Virus record (IMG/VR): IMGVR_UViG_2912838376_000002
Span: 160,001-224,000 of that record
DNA length: 64,000 nucleotides
From: a virus
Taxonomy: Duplodnaviria > Caudoviricetes
Strand: one strand, 5' to 3'
Shown: positions 1 through 8,658 of the stretch, piece by piece
How the letters are laid out: every line of letters begins with the position of its first letter
Numbering within the stretch: position 1 is the first letter of the stretch
Notes under the pieces: generated by a model
Told to the model about the DNA's origin: nothing
The model's database searches: none
The model's input: only the letters and a program-made list of their open reading frames with translations
Translations under genes and position numbers: made by a program

Positions 1-127
1 TAGTTTTTTTTGATTTTGATATTTTTTTTGGGATTTTTGTAATGAACTAGACTCTAACTTTTTATCCCGAAATCCACTAGAATCCACTAAAATAGGTCAA
101 AAAAAAGAGACCGCTGATGCGGTGAGC

Positions 128-388
128 TTATTCCCACCCAATCAAAACAGGTCCTTTGAAATCTACCACTCCACTTAATAACTCTAAGTGTGGTGTTGTA
201 CATTGCGGACAAACACTAAAAATACCTTCATAGTCCGTATGCGATTGTGGCATACCCGCTACATTGGTGAACTCATCGATTAAAGCAAGTTCGGAACCAC
301 ACATAATGCAGCTAGAAGTAGCTTTCGTTCCTTCACCTTTTAAATGTTTTTTATAGTCCATAGGTATCAACATCAGTTCGTAACTCAT
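128..388 (-). CDS. Small Zn-ribbon protein
   Basis: CIMC and CPQC pairs; followed on the minus strand by a hairpin and T-run at about 100-125. Confidence 0.6.
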   Translation of the reverse strand: MSYELMLIPMDYKKHLKGEGTKATSSCIMCGSELALIDEFTNVAGMPQSHTDYEGIFSVCPQCTTPHLELLSGVVDFKGPVLIGWE

Positions 389-794
389 TCAACTTATCCT
401 CCCAACGATAAAGACCTGATACAGAATCCTTATTTGTTACTGGCTTTAGTTCTGCATAGATAGTTATCAATTCTTCCCCTTCTAGACATACGAGAAAATT
501 TTTCTTTTCAACGTAGTAACCTCTAACGGAGATATATTCTTCTTTAAGTTTGGATGCAAATCCATTTTTATGACAATACAATGCAAAATAATGCTGTAAA
601 CGATTTTTAAACTTTGGTGCATTCTCCAAGAACACTTTGTATTGTTCGTAGTTGCTGAATGATCCTTTACGTATCTTTATTGCATGTAATGTCGGATAAC
701 TAACAAGGTTGTTGATTATATCCTCAACCATACTAGTCTTAGAAATGGTTTGAAAGATTTCAGTTGAGTCGAGTTTATTAGTAAGTTGTTGCAC
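351..794 (-). CDS. Hypothetical protein
   Basis: 147-aa ORF, GTG start preceded by a GGGGAG RBS. Confidence 0.65.
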   Translation of the reverse strand: MQQLTNKLDSTEIFQTISKTSMVEDIINNLVSYPTLHAIKIRKGSFSNYEQYKVFLENAPKFKNRLQHYFALYCHKNGFASKLKEEYISVRGYYVEKKNFLVCLEGEELITIYAELKPVTNKDSVSGLYRWEDKLNELRTDVDTYGL

Positions 795-815
795 AGGATC
801 AACTCCCCTTTATGT

Positions 816-1295
816 TCAACTGGCTTCTTCATACTCGACTTGTGCTTCTGGTTTAGCGTACATCTTTAGTTGCTCTTGTTTTCTTACGTGTCGAGGAAGG
901 AACATCTTCGCGCCGTTTAGACCATACGCAATCCTGTTCCAATCTGTCAAGATGGTTGTTTTGAGCAACTTTGGATTTTGAAGAATAACATTGTATGCTT
1001 CACGTAATGTTAAATCATCAAGCTCAATCCCTTGTTCTGTAAGGAAATCAATAGTGCTTCCACGTTGAGTTAATAAATCATCTAACCCATCGTCTGTTAA
1101 CGCTAACAAAGCTTTGAACTCAGTAAAAGTAAAACGATCGCGTACAATGTGTTTAATTGTTGCTATCAAATCATACTTTGCTAATTTTTCTGCAACCTTT
1201 TCTCCTTCTGCGCTGTTGATTGTGTAAATAGTGATATTAAGGTTTTCCAAAAATACTTCCTCCTGATGTTTGCTTAATGTAGGTAACATAAGCAC
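816..1295 (-). CDS. Spx/ArsC-family protein lacking the CXXC motif
   Basis: LALTDDGLDDLLTQRG, NPKLLKTTIL and FLPRHVR align with Bacillus Spx (MTEDGTDEIISTRS, HPGLLRRPII, FLPRKVR). No cysteines. Confidence 0.75.
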   Translation of the reverse strand: MLMLPTLSKHQEEVFLENLNITIYTINSAEGEKVAEKLAKYDLIATIKHIVRDRFTFTEFKALLALTDDGLDDLLTQRGSTIDFLTEQGIELDDLTLREAYNVILQNPKLLKTTILTDWNRIAYGLNGAKMFLPRHVRKQEQLKMYAKPEAQVEYEEAS

Positions 1296-1371
1296 TTGAT
1301 TTGAAAAATGCTAGTAATTTTATCAAAAGCACCACCACCTTTCATAAGTATTTGCAAACATCAGGAAATGC

Positions 1372-1398
1372 AAAAAAAGTAGGGGCGTTAGCCCCTAC
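1372..1398 (-). terminator. Intrinsic terminator-like hairpin with conserved GTTA/TAAC loop
   Basis: GTAGGGGC-GTTA-GCCCCTAC preceded by an A-run on the plus strand. Confidence 0.7.
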
Positions 1399-1601
1399 CT
1401 GATTACGAAGAATCGTATCTCATTAAATTTTCCCACCTTTCAGATAAATGACATTATCGATATATTTCATTCATGTGACATATGAAAATATATCCTAATT
1501 TGTCGAATAAATAATACATTAACAATGTGAATATGCTTTTTTTGGCTAAAATGACATTTTTGTCATCAAAAAACCGAGGAAAATAATCACAAAAAAGGTT
1601 A

Positions 1602-1630
1602 TTGCAATCGCTTTTTATCCCTTGTATGAT
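1602..1630 (+). promoter_or_regulatory. SigA-type promoter for rep with a leader of about 300 nt
   Basis: TTGCAA-17 bp-TATGAT. Confidence 0.6.
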
Positions 1631-1713
1631 GAAATTAAGGAAAATCAACAGCATTAAATCAAATTTGTCAATACCCATTCGACAAATTTTACATAGATTA
1701 ACCTTAAAAACAC

Positions 1714-1835
1714 AAAAAAAAATAGGCCACGATGTTCGCGCATCGCAGCCTAGGACAAAAAACTAAAAAAACCAAGAACACATACAATTTCGTTTCGAGT
1801 CAAAATTGTAATGTAAAAAATAAAATTTCGATTTG
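1714..1835 (-). ncRNA. Putative antisense copy-control RNA overlapping the rep leader
   Basis: Minus-strand promoter TTGAAG-17-TACAAT with extended TG (1841-1869), and a hairpin plus T-run terminator at about 1714-1752. Confidence 0.55.
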
Positions 1836-1932
1836 TACTTATTGTATCATGAAAAACTATCATCTTCAATAGTACAAAATACGGTTCTTAACCTTTTTAG
1901 TCTTTTGTCCTTAGTAAACTATCAAACTACTA

Positions 1933-3030
1933 ATGGATCAGGAGGCTTTTTTCATGTCTAAAAAAAGAATCAACATAAAAGACGTAACAAACGAAGAGTT
2001 TTACAAATTACCTAAGGTGCTTATCTGGAAGAAACAATACCGCGAGAACTTAAGTAGCGGTGCTAAATTACTATACATGCTAGTAAGAGATCGATTCAAT
2101 TTATCTCTATACACAACGCAAATGTCAGTAGCTAATGGAAGTGAAGCTCCTGCTTTTGTAGATGACAAAGGAGACATCTACTGTATTTTAGATAATCAAG
2201 AAATTGAATTCTCATTAAACATATCAAACAAAACTGTTACTAAGTTCATGGACGAGCTTATAGCTGAAGAACTAGTATCGACAGAAGCAGTAGATGGTGG
2301 CGCTAACAGAATCTACTTGAATGAACCAGATTCTAGTGGAGCGTCGTTGGCGCATTTTCTAGGTGAAAAAGAATACTACAAACACGTTAAGATGCGTAAG
2401 AAAAAGAAGAAAGAACCATTAAAAACTCTAGAAGAGTGTATAGCTGCTGCTATGGATAAGTATGGTGTAAAAAAAGAGGGTAGTAAAAATTCCACCCCTG
2501 GGGACGGAGAAATTCCGGTACCTGGGGTAGGAGAAATTCCACCCCCTAGTGAAGGAGAAATTCCACCCCCAGGGGATGAAGATATTCCAGCCCTAGGGGA
2601 GGAAAAAATACACACTAGTAATCTTTATTCTAATTATCCTTACCCTAATGAGATTTATCCCAACGAGAAGGAACCCAACTTAAATAAGTCTTCTAAAGAA
2701 AATAGTGGAGATCCATTAGAAGACGAACAAGAAAACACTATCGTTTCTCGACGAACTAATTATGCCTTATTAGATTCTATTCTTGAACAAGTAGGAATAT
2801 GTCCAGATTTAAAAGCACTTAACGTTGTAAAGAAGACACTTGCAGAAGCTGAAATTGCATCATTCCACAAGGTAGATGTATTAAATGCCATAGGTAGACA
2901 TGCTATGAACGTTAAAAAGTATGAATCTCAAGGCGAAGTAATTGAATACGAACCTGCATTTTTCGCTAATAATCTAGTAGACCGTATTAGAGAAAATGCT
3001 GCTAAACGTCAAAAGAAAGTGATTAGCTAA
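1933..3030 (+). CDS. repA: RepA_N-family replication initiator (probable start ATG 1954)
   Basis: FYKLPKVL, LSSGAKLLYMLVRDRFNLS and DDKGDIYC are RepA_N N-terminal winged-helix signatures. AGGAGG RBS at about 1940. Confidence 0.85.
   Translation: MDQEAFFMSKKRINIKDVTNEEFYKLPKVLIWKKQYRENLSSGAKLLYMLVRDRFNLSLYTTQMSVANGSEAPAFVDDKGDIYCILDNQEIEFSLNISNKTVTKFMDELIAEELVSTEAVDGGANRIYLNEPDSSGASLAHFLGEKEYYKHVKMRKKKKKEPLKTLEECIAAAMDKYGVKKEGSKNSTPGDGEIPVPGVGEIPPPSEGEIPPPGDEDIPALGEEKIHTSNLYSNYPYPNEIYPNEKEPNLNKSSKENSGDPLEDEQENTIVSRRTNYALLDSILEQVGICPDLKALNVVKKTLAEAEIASFHKVDVLNAIGRHAMNVKKYESQGEVIEYEPAFFANNLVDRIRENAAKRQKKVIS
2486..2612 (+). repeat. Five imperfect ~24-bp repeats inside repA (putative origin iterons)
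   Basis: AAATTCC...CC(T/A)GGGG..GGAG units, translated as PGDGEIPV/PGVGEIPP/PSEGEIPP/PGDEDIPA. RepA_N replicons typically carry the origin inside rep. Confidence 0.7.
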
Positions 3031-3201
3031 CTGCACAAGGCTAGCTTGAAATAAAGCAGAAATTAGATTCCCCTAGAATAAATTAGAATGTAATAAAAAA
3101 TCATAAAATGTCGTGGAATTCTACTATATTTTGTTGGTAATGTGTGCTAAAATGAATCTCGAACACATATAATAATAGTTTTTCGAGAGGAGTTTCGATT
3201 T

Positions 3202-4143
3202 ATGACACAAAATTTAATTCTTGGAGTAGATGCAGGTCTAAACGCAGTTAAAATCGTTGGACCTAAAGGAGAAGGATCATTCCCTTCAATTACTATCCTT
3301 GAGCCACCAAAAATGATGAAATTCGGAAATGCATTAGGAATCCAAAACAGATTTGAGTTAACGATTAATGATGAAAGATATATTTTAGGAGACCATGCTA
3401 AGTTTATTGAAACATTCAATCCACTAGGCGTTGATAGCCATAGTAGCACTGGTTCTAAAAATGATGAAACTGCATTTATTCGCGCATTAGGTGGAATTTG
3501 CTTATACTTAGACAAATATGAGAAATTCGATGATGAAGATATTAATGTTTATCTAGCTTATGGAACACCACTAGTAAGCGCTTCTGAATCTGAAGAACTT
3601 GAAGAGATTGAGAAGAGATTTAAAAACAATGGTAACCCAATTGAAGTTGTATTCAATGACGTTCCTTTAAATATTCGCATTAAAGATATTATTGTATTGC
3701 CAGAAGGTGCTGCTGCATTCTTCTCAAATGAATTCACATCTCAAAATGTTTATGTTGTTGATGCTGGTTCACAAACTATCAATCTTGCAGCATTTGTTAA
3801 TGGTATTCTTGTACCAACAGCGGCAGATACTATACATAATGGCGTAGAATTCTACAAAAATATGTATGGTAATAGGACAGCTGAAATGATTGCGAAGAAA
3901 GTTAAAGGTTCAATCGAAGCTTTAAAATGGCCAAAAGGTTCAACACTTCATGTTTGTGGTGGGTATTCAGAACAATTAGCAGATGCATTCAATGAACTAA
4001 AAGACAACAACTACCAAATGGAAATCATGAAACCTGAGCTTGCATTATCAAGAAAGAGTAAGAGTCTAAAACCAATATACGCAAATGCGGCAGGACTATA
4101 CTTTATTGCTAAAGAAGCCTTCGCTCCTGCGGTAAAAGGGTGA
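3202..4143 (+). CDS. parM: ParM/StbA-like actin-family partition ATPase
   Basis: GVDAGLNAVK (phosphate 1), PEGAAA, VVDAGSQTIN (phosphate 2), CGG and ANAAG motifs. Confidence 0.85.
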   Translation: MTQNLILGVDAGLNAVKIVGPKGEGSFPSITILEPPKMMKFGNALGIQNRFELTINDERYILGDHAKFIETFNPLGVDSHSSTGSKNDETAFIRALGGICLYLDKYEKFDDEDINVYLAYGTPLVSASESEELEEIEKRFKNNGNPIEVVFNDVPLNIRIKDIIVLPEGAAAFFSNEFTSQNVYVVDAGSQTINLAAFVNGILVPTAADTIHNGVEFYKNMYGNRTAEMIAKKVKGSIEALKWPKGSTLHVCGGYSEQLADAFNELKDNNYQMEIMKPELALSRKSKSLKPIYANAAGLYFIAKEAFAPAVKG

Positions 4144-4148
4144 TTTAA

Positions 4149-4676
4149 TTGGCTAGAAACGAAGGTACTAATAAGCCTAAAAAGAAAAAGCCGGCTAACC
4201 AACAACACAAAACGGTTTACTTCAATACTCTTAATGTGAATGATGCTAAGCTATATGATTATGCTCAGAGTGTTGGTGTTCGAAATTTTAGTGGATGGAT
4301 TAAAAGTCTAATGTATCAAGAGATGGTTAGACGTAATGGTTTGCCACCTAATCCATATGAATATATTTCTGCGACAGTTGAACCTGAAGTACAACAAGTA
4401 CAAACTATTCCAGTTCCAGTTAAACCTGTGAAAGTAGACAAAGTTCAGAACAACACTGAAGAAGTGAAAGTTTACGTAGGTGGAGAACAGGTAGAGGTAC
4501 AAGAAGTAAAACGAAGCGTTGAAGAACCTGAAGAAGTAGAAGAAGAGATCATTGAAGAAAAAAATGATGAGGTTCTAGAAGACACTGAAGAACAAGAGGA
4601 ACAGAAAGAAGCTCCTCAAAATAGTGCTCGTTCAGCAGCAGCATCTGCTATGCTAGGCATGTACAAACGACAATAA
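4149..4676 (+). CDS. Putative ParR-like centromere-binding adaptor
   Basis: Directly follows parM. RHH-like N-terminus (TVYFN...LYDYA...NFSGWIKSLM), acidic linker and C-terminal helix. Confidence 0.6.
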   Translation: MARNEGTNKPKKKKPANQQHKTVYFNTLNVNDAKLYDYAQSVGVRNFSGWIKSLMYQEMVRRNGLPPNPYEYISATVEPEVQQVQTIPVPVKPVKVDKVQNNTEEVKVYVGGEQVEVQEVKRSVEEPEEVEEEIIEEKNDEVLEDTEEQEEQKEAPQNSARSAAASAMLGMYKRQ

Positions 4677-4681
4677 TCAAA

Positions 4682-4713
4682 AGAAGTCTGGGAGAAATCC
4701 CAGGCTCTTTTTT
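4682..4713 (+). terminator. Terminator of the par operon
   Basis: GTCTGGGA-GAAA-TCCCAGGC followed by a T-run. Confidence 0.7.
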
Positions 4714-4818
4714 TGTTACAAAACACTAGATTTCACTAGAAAACAGTGTATTCTAGGTTAATAAATTGTATCTTTTTGAAAGTAAAAAGGGAGGGGCGTA
4801 AAAAATACACCCCCTATA

Positions 4819-5286
4819 TCAACGCTCAAATTTAAGAGCTACATCCATAACAGATCGTTCCTCTGGAGTCATCTTCATTAGTCCACGCATTGCTAATTCT
4901 GGATTTGAACCATATAATTCATAAACCAACCTTTGGATTTTTGTGAAGTTGTTAATTGTATTTAACTTCATCTTACATTGGACAACCATAACGTATCTGG
5001 ATTCTTTATTTGTGACAACTTTATTACCTATTGTTAGTTCAGTATTCAAGCCATTTTCAAAAGAAGCTAATTGTTCGAATCCTAACAATCCGTTCTCAGC
5101 AAGAGCGTACATATCAACTTTGAAATTTTTCCCTGTACCAACTACTTCTTTTTCAATAAATCTTGAAATATCTTTAGTCATCGCTGTTATTTCTAATCCG
5201 TCTCTTAAAGACTCCATGAAGATTGCCACTTCGTTAGTTCCAGCCTGCATTTTTGTGTTTGTGTTTGTTTTTGTATTCATTTTCAT
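4819..5286 (-). CDS. Hypothetical protein
   Basis: 155-aa ORF with GAGGAGG RBS. Confidence 0.7.
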   Translation of the reverse strand: MKMNTKTNTNTKMQAGTNEVAIFMESLRDGLEITAMTKDISRFIEKEVVGTGKNFKVDMYALAENGLLGFEQLASFENGLNTELTIGNKVVTNKESRYVMVVQCKMKLNTINNFTKIQRLVYELYGSNPELAMRGLMKMTPEERSVMDVALKFER

Positions 5287-5594
5287 TATTTTATTTCCTC
5301 CTCGTGTTGGGTGTATCTCATCATGGTGGGTAAAGATCTGTATGTTGTGAGTACGACATTATCAATATATCTAACTAAAAACTAATAAAAAAACGTGGAT
5401 TATAATGTAATCCAGTGTAAAAAAACAAAAAACAATAGAATCTACTAGTTTGATTGGATGATCAATATAATGATCCCGACTGGCTTGTTACCAGTTATAT
5501 ATATTGCTTTATATTACATATTCAATTGTAAGTGTACGAGTTTCATTACTACGTATAATAATAGATATATTATTAGTATTATTTTTTTATATTA

Positions 5595-5903
5595 TTAGCC
5601 AATAAGTGCAAACAGTTCATTGCTTAAAGAAGTTAGTTTATTATATTCACCAATTACAGCATCTTCAATTATTCTTCTAGCTTCCGCATTAACAGGATTA
5701 GCTAAATCTTTGAATCTACCATCTCCCATTTTTTTAGAAGGCATTGCAACCATTAGCTTACCACTTCTGTTTTCTACAATCCTGATATCATTCAGAGCTA
5801 ACATACCATTTACTACAATATTACAAATCGCTTTCATGCCATTACCATCTTTAATTTTCATTTTTACATCTGTAACAATTAATCCATATTCCATTATTAA
5901 CAT
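5595..5903 (-). CDS. spoVG: SpoVG-family nucleic-acid-binding protein
   Basis: VTDVKM...MKAICNI...NDIRIVE...LMVAMPSKK...FKDLANPVN closely matches SpoVG. Confidence 0.9.
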   Translation of the reverse strand: MLIMEYGLIVTDVKMKIKDGNGMKAICNIVVNGMLALNDIRIVENRSGKLMVAMPSKKMGDGRFKDLANPVNAEARRIIEDAVIGEYNKLTSLSNELFALIG

Positions 5904-6074
5904 CTCCTTTTAAATTATCTCTCTGTATATTAAAAGTCTCAAGTTTGTGTATTTCATCCACATTTTGTCCTTTTTCTATGTTTATGCCCTAATTTTTATG
6001 TATGAGTGATAACAAAAAAAGACCACCTTTCCCCTAGGTGATCTTCTCCTTTACTGCATCAACTCCATCGTTTA

Positions 6075-6776
6075 TTATAATTGCTTTTTTATTGAATCAG
6101 ATAATACTTGTACTTTGATATCTTGTGCTAATTCTGATGCTTGTGTAGCAGCTTGTTCTACTAATTGCTCTGTTTTTTCTACTGAAGTTGCTTCAACACC
6201 AGCATTTACGCCACTACGTAGTTCTTCAATAATCTGACCTAATGGTCGAGGCGTTGCTTCAGTTGGTTGAGGAATATCAACTACACCTTCAGACGCAGCA
6301 GGTACAACCACAGCAATGTTATTTTTATCAGCAATTTGTTTTGCAATTTGTTCAGTAAGATTTACTGGTGTTTCTATTGCAACTGTTTTTACTCCATCGA
6401 TTTGGTTCTTTATATTTTCAGCTAAAGATGGAGCAGGGGAGGCGATTACCACTACCGGTGCTTCTTCATCACTGTTTTCTTGATTAGCTCGTTGAATTTG
6501 AGAAGCAATGCTTGTGGATAAGACTGTAGCTTCTGCTGCTAGTTCAGAAGTAAGTTCATCACGAACATCGCGCCCTTCATATTCTTCTTGTTCTTCTTCA
6601 TCATGATCTTCGAATTCATCATCATGTTCTTCATCACATATTTCTTCAATACGTCCATTGATTAATGCGAAGATATCATCGAACTTATCTTCAATATAGT
6701 TAGCGATATCGTTTTTGATATCACCAATCTTTTCTTTTAATTCCTCTAATTGCTCTTTTTCAGTTAGTTCTACCAT
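6075..6776 (-). CDS. Highly acidic hypothetical protein
   Basis: 233-aa ORF with D/E-rich N-terminal half; GAGG RBS. Confidence 0.7.
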   Translation of the reverse strand: MVELTEKEQLEELKEKIGDIKNDIANYIEDKFDDIFALINGRIEEICDEEHDDEFEDHDEEEQEEYEGRDVRDELTSELAAEATVLSTSIASQIQRANQENSDEEAPVVVIASPAPSLAENIKNQIDGVKTVAIETPVNLTEQIAKQIADKNNIAVVVPAASEGVVDIPQPTEATPRPLGQIIEELRSGVNAGVEATSVEKTEQLVEQAATQASELAQDIKVQVLSDSIKKQL

Positions 6777-7066
6777 TAATAATCCCTCCGGAAGTGTAAT
6801 TTTAGCTTTTCAAACATAACGGTTTGAGTGCAAAAGTCAATACAAGTTGACTAATAAGTACTCTATGAAAAAAATAATATTGTTTTACAAGAAACTTAGA
6901 TTCGACATATAACAGAACAGATGTCTCCTCCCCAGAACAATAAGTCTAGGACACATTCCTAAGATAATTTAAGAATTGTCGTAACATGGTGACAGGTTTA
7001 GTTTTCTGCAAACGCAATTACTATTTAAATAAAACGATAGCAATAGAAATTGAGTTCATAGAAAAC

Positions 7067-7093
7067 AAAAAAGGTAGGGGCGATAGCCCCTAC
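7067..7093 (-). terminator. Terminator-like hairpin, loop variant GATA
   Basis: GTAGGGGC-GATA-GCCCCTAC preceded by an A-run; stem identical to that at 1379-1398. Confidence 0.7.
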
Positions 7094-7102
7094 ATGAGTT
7101 AA

Positions 7103-7900
7103 TTATTTTTGATTCTGATTGCCTTTGTTTCCTTGGTTACCATGATTACCATTGTTGCCATGATTTCCTTGATTCCCTTTGCTAGAACCTTCTTCAACAT
7201 TAGGGATAGTAGTATCTACTTTAGAAACATCAGCAGGTTTTTGTTTGTCTAAGTGCTTAGCTGTTTCTACTGCTGCAGGTACAATTTTATCATACTCAGC
7301 ATTTGCTTTGTCTAGTTCAGATTGTAATTTAGCTTTTTCACCTTTTAATACTTCTTTATCTGCATTTGCAGTCTTAAGAAGAGTAGTAGTTGTATCTAAT
7401 TCAGCAATTTTGTTATTTAATGCGTCGATCTTTTCAGCAAGTGCTTGTTTAGTTGTTTGAAGTTCACCTTTTGTATTAGCAAGTTCAGCTTCATTAGAGT
7501 TCAATTCAGCATTAACTGCTTCTAAATCTTTAGTTAGTTTTGCAACTTGTCCTTCAATTGCAGCTTTTTGTTCTTCTAAGTTTTTAATGTCTGCATTTCT
7601 TTCAGAGATTACATCGTTTGCATGATTAATTTTGTCTGATGCAGCAAACTTAAGACCTTCAATTTTATCAAGTAAGTAATTTTCGTTACTTTCATACGTA
7701 TCAACTTTTTCAACAAGTGATGATAGGGCAGGTAATACATATTTAGATACACCAGTTCCTTTGTAATAACCAAGTGAGCTTGCAACTGCTCCGATTGCTC
7801 CTACAGATAATGCTCCAACCATTGTGAATGCTACGATTTTCTTTTTCATAATAAAATTCCTCCAATAATATAAGTTTAGTTTTGTAATGTAAAAAACCAC
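7103..7900 (-). CDS. Exported or membrane-anchored coiled-coil protein (probable start 7849, MKKKIV)
   Basis: Signal-peptide-like N-terminus, long heptad region and GN(Q/H) repeat tail. Confidence 0.7.
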   Translation of the reverse strand: MVFYITKLNLYYWRNFIMKKKIVAFTMVGALSVGAIGAVASSLGYYKGTGVSKYVLPALSSLVEKVDTYESNENYLLDKIEGLKFAASDKINHANDVISERNADIKNLEEQKAAIEGQVAKLTKDLEAVNAELNSNEAELANTKGELQTTKQALAEKIDALNNKIAELDTTTTLLKTANADKEVLKGEKAKLQSELDKANAEYDKIVPAAVETAKHLDKQKPADVSKVDTTIPNVEEGSSKGNQGNHGNNGNHGNQGNKGNQNQK

Positions 7901-7960
7901 GAACCTATTTGGCCGTGGTTTAATATATTCATTAGAATATTAGTTTTCAATAGATAAAAA

Positions 7961-8068
7961 TTAGCAATAAGCCCCAGATCTTACTTTCTTTTTCTTAGAA
8001 GGTAGTCCATCCGTTTTTCTAGGCTTATTTTTATTTGTTGGTTCACCTACACGCTTTTTCTTTTTCAT
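7961..8068 (-). CDS. Small very basic peptide (35 aa), not in the ORF track
   Basis: MKKKKRVGEPTNKNKPRKTDGLPSKKKKVRSGAYC with AGGGGG RBS. Confidence 0.4.
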   Translation of the reverse strand: MKKKKRVGEPTNKNKPRKTDGLPSKKKKVRSGAYC

Positions 8069-8127
8069 ATGTATCCCCCTAGTTTTCTTTACTAAGAGTA
8101 TATGAGAATGTGTCCCAGGATATGTTC

Positions 8128-8349
8128 CTAATGTAAAGAAACCAATCGCATATTGCTAGAATACTTACGAATGAATTCGTCTAGCTCGCCCAGACTTTTG
8201 AAAACTTCATTGTATTCAAAGCCATTGTCGATATTTTCAAGTTTAATATGAAGAAAGTCATTTGTTACTTTGTAGACCAACTTTCCAAGGATACCAGTGT
8301 CAACTACAACTAAGTCTCCAAGTGCAACATGTTCACTATGGATCACCAC
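8128..8349 (-). CDS. Hypothetical protein
   Basis: 73-aa ORF with GAGGTG RBS. Confidence 0.6.
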   Translation of the reverse strand: MVIHSEHVALGDLVVVDTGILGKLVYKVTNDFLHIKLENIDNGFEYNEVFKSLGELDEFIRKYSSNMRLVSLH

Positions 8350-8658
8350 AGCTCACCTCGATTCTATGTAGAGTTTGATTAATAGATTTGTTAGCCAATA
8401 TAAACACCCCCAAACATTTGATAATTCTTTAATAAATTAAACAACCCCAACCAATATGGAAGGGGAGGAGGTATGAGAATCTAATATTATTCGTTAGATT
8501 CCCCTAGAATATAATCTTTCTAGGTTAATATGTTACTTTATAGTTCATTCCCCTAGAATGTAAGTTTTATTGTTGGATGTGTCGTCTCCCCGCATGGGTA
8601 GGTGTAGTCAACCGTATATATGGTTGAGAAAGAGTTACGACACATGGTTAATAATATA

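Noticed and set aside
1454-1678. 74-aa minus-strand ORF
   Set aside because: AT-rich, overlaps the rep promoter region and has no convincing RBS; probably non-coding.
7103-7180. GNQ/GNH triplet repeat as a collagen-like domain
   Set aside because: Only about seven triplets with no proline; treated as a low-complexity tail.
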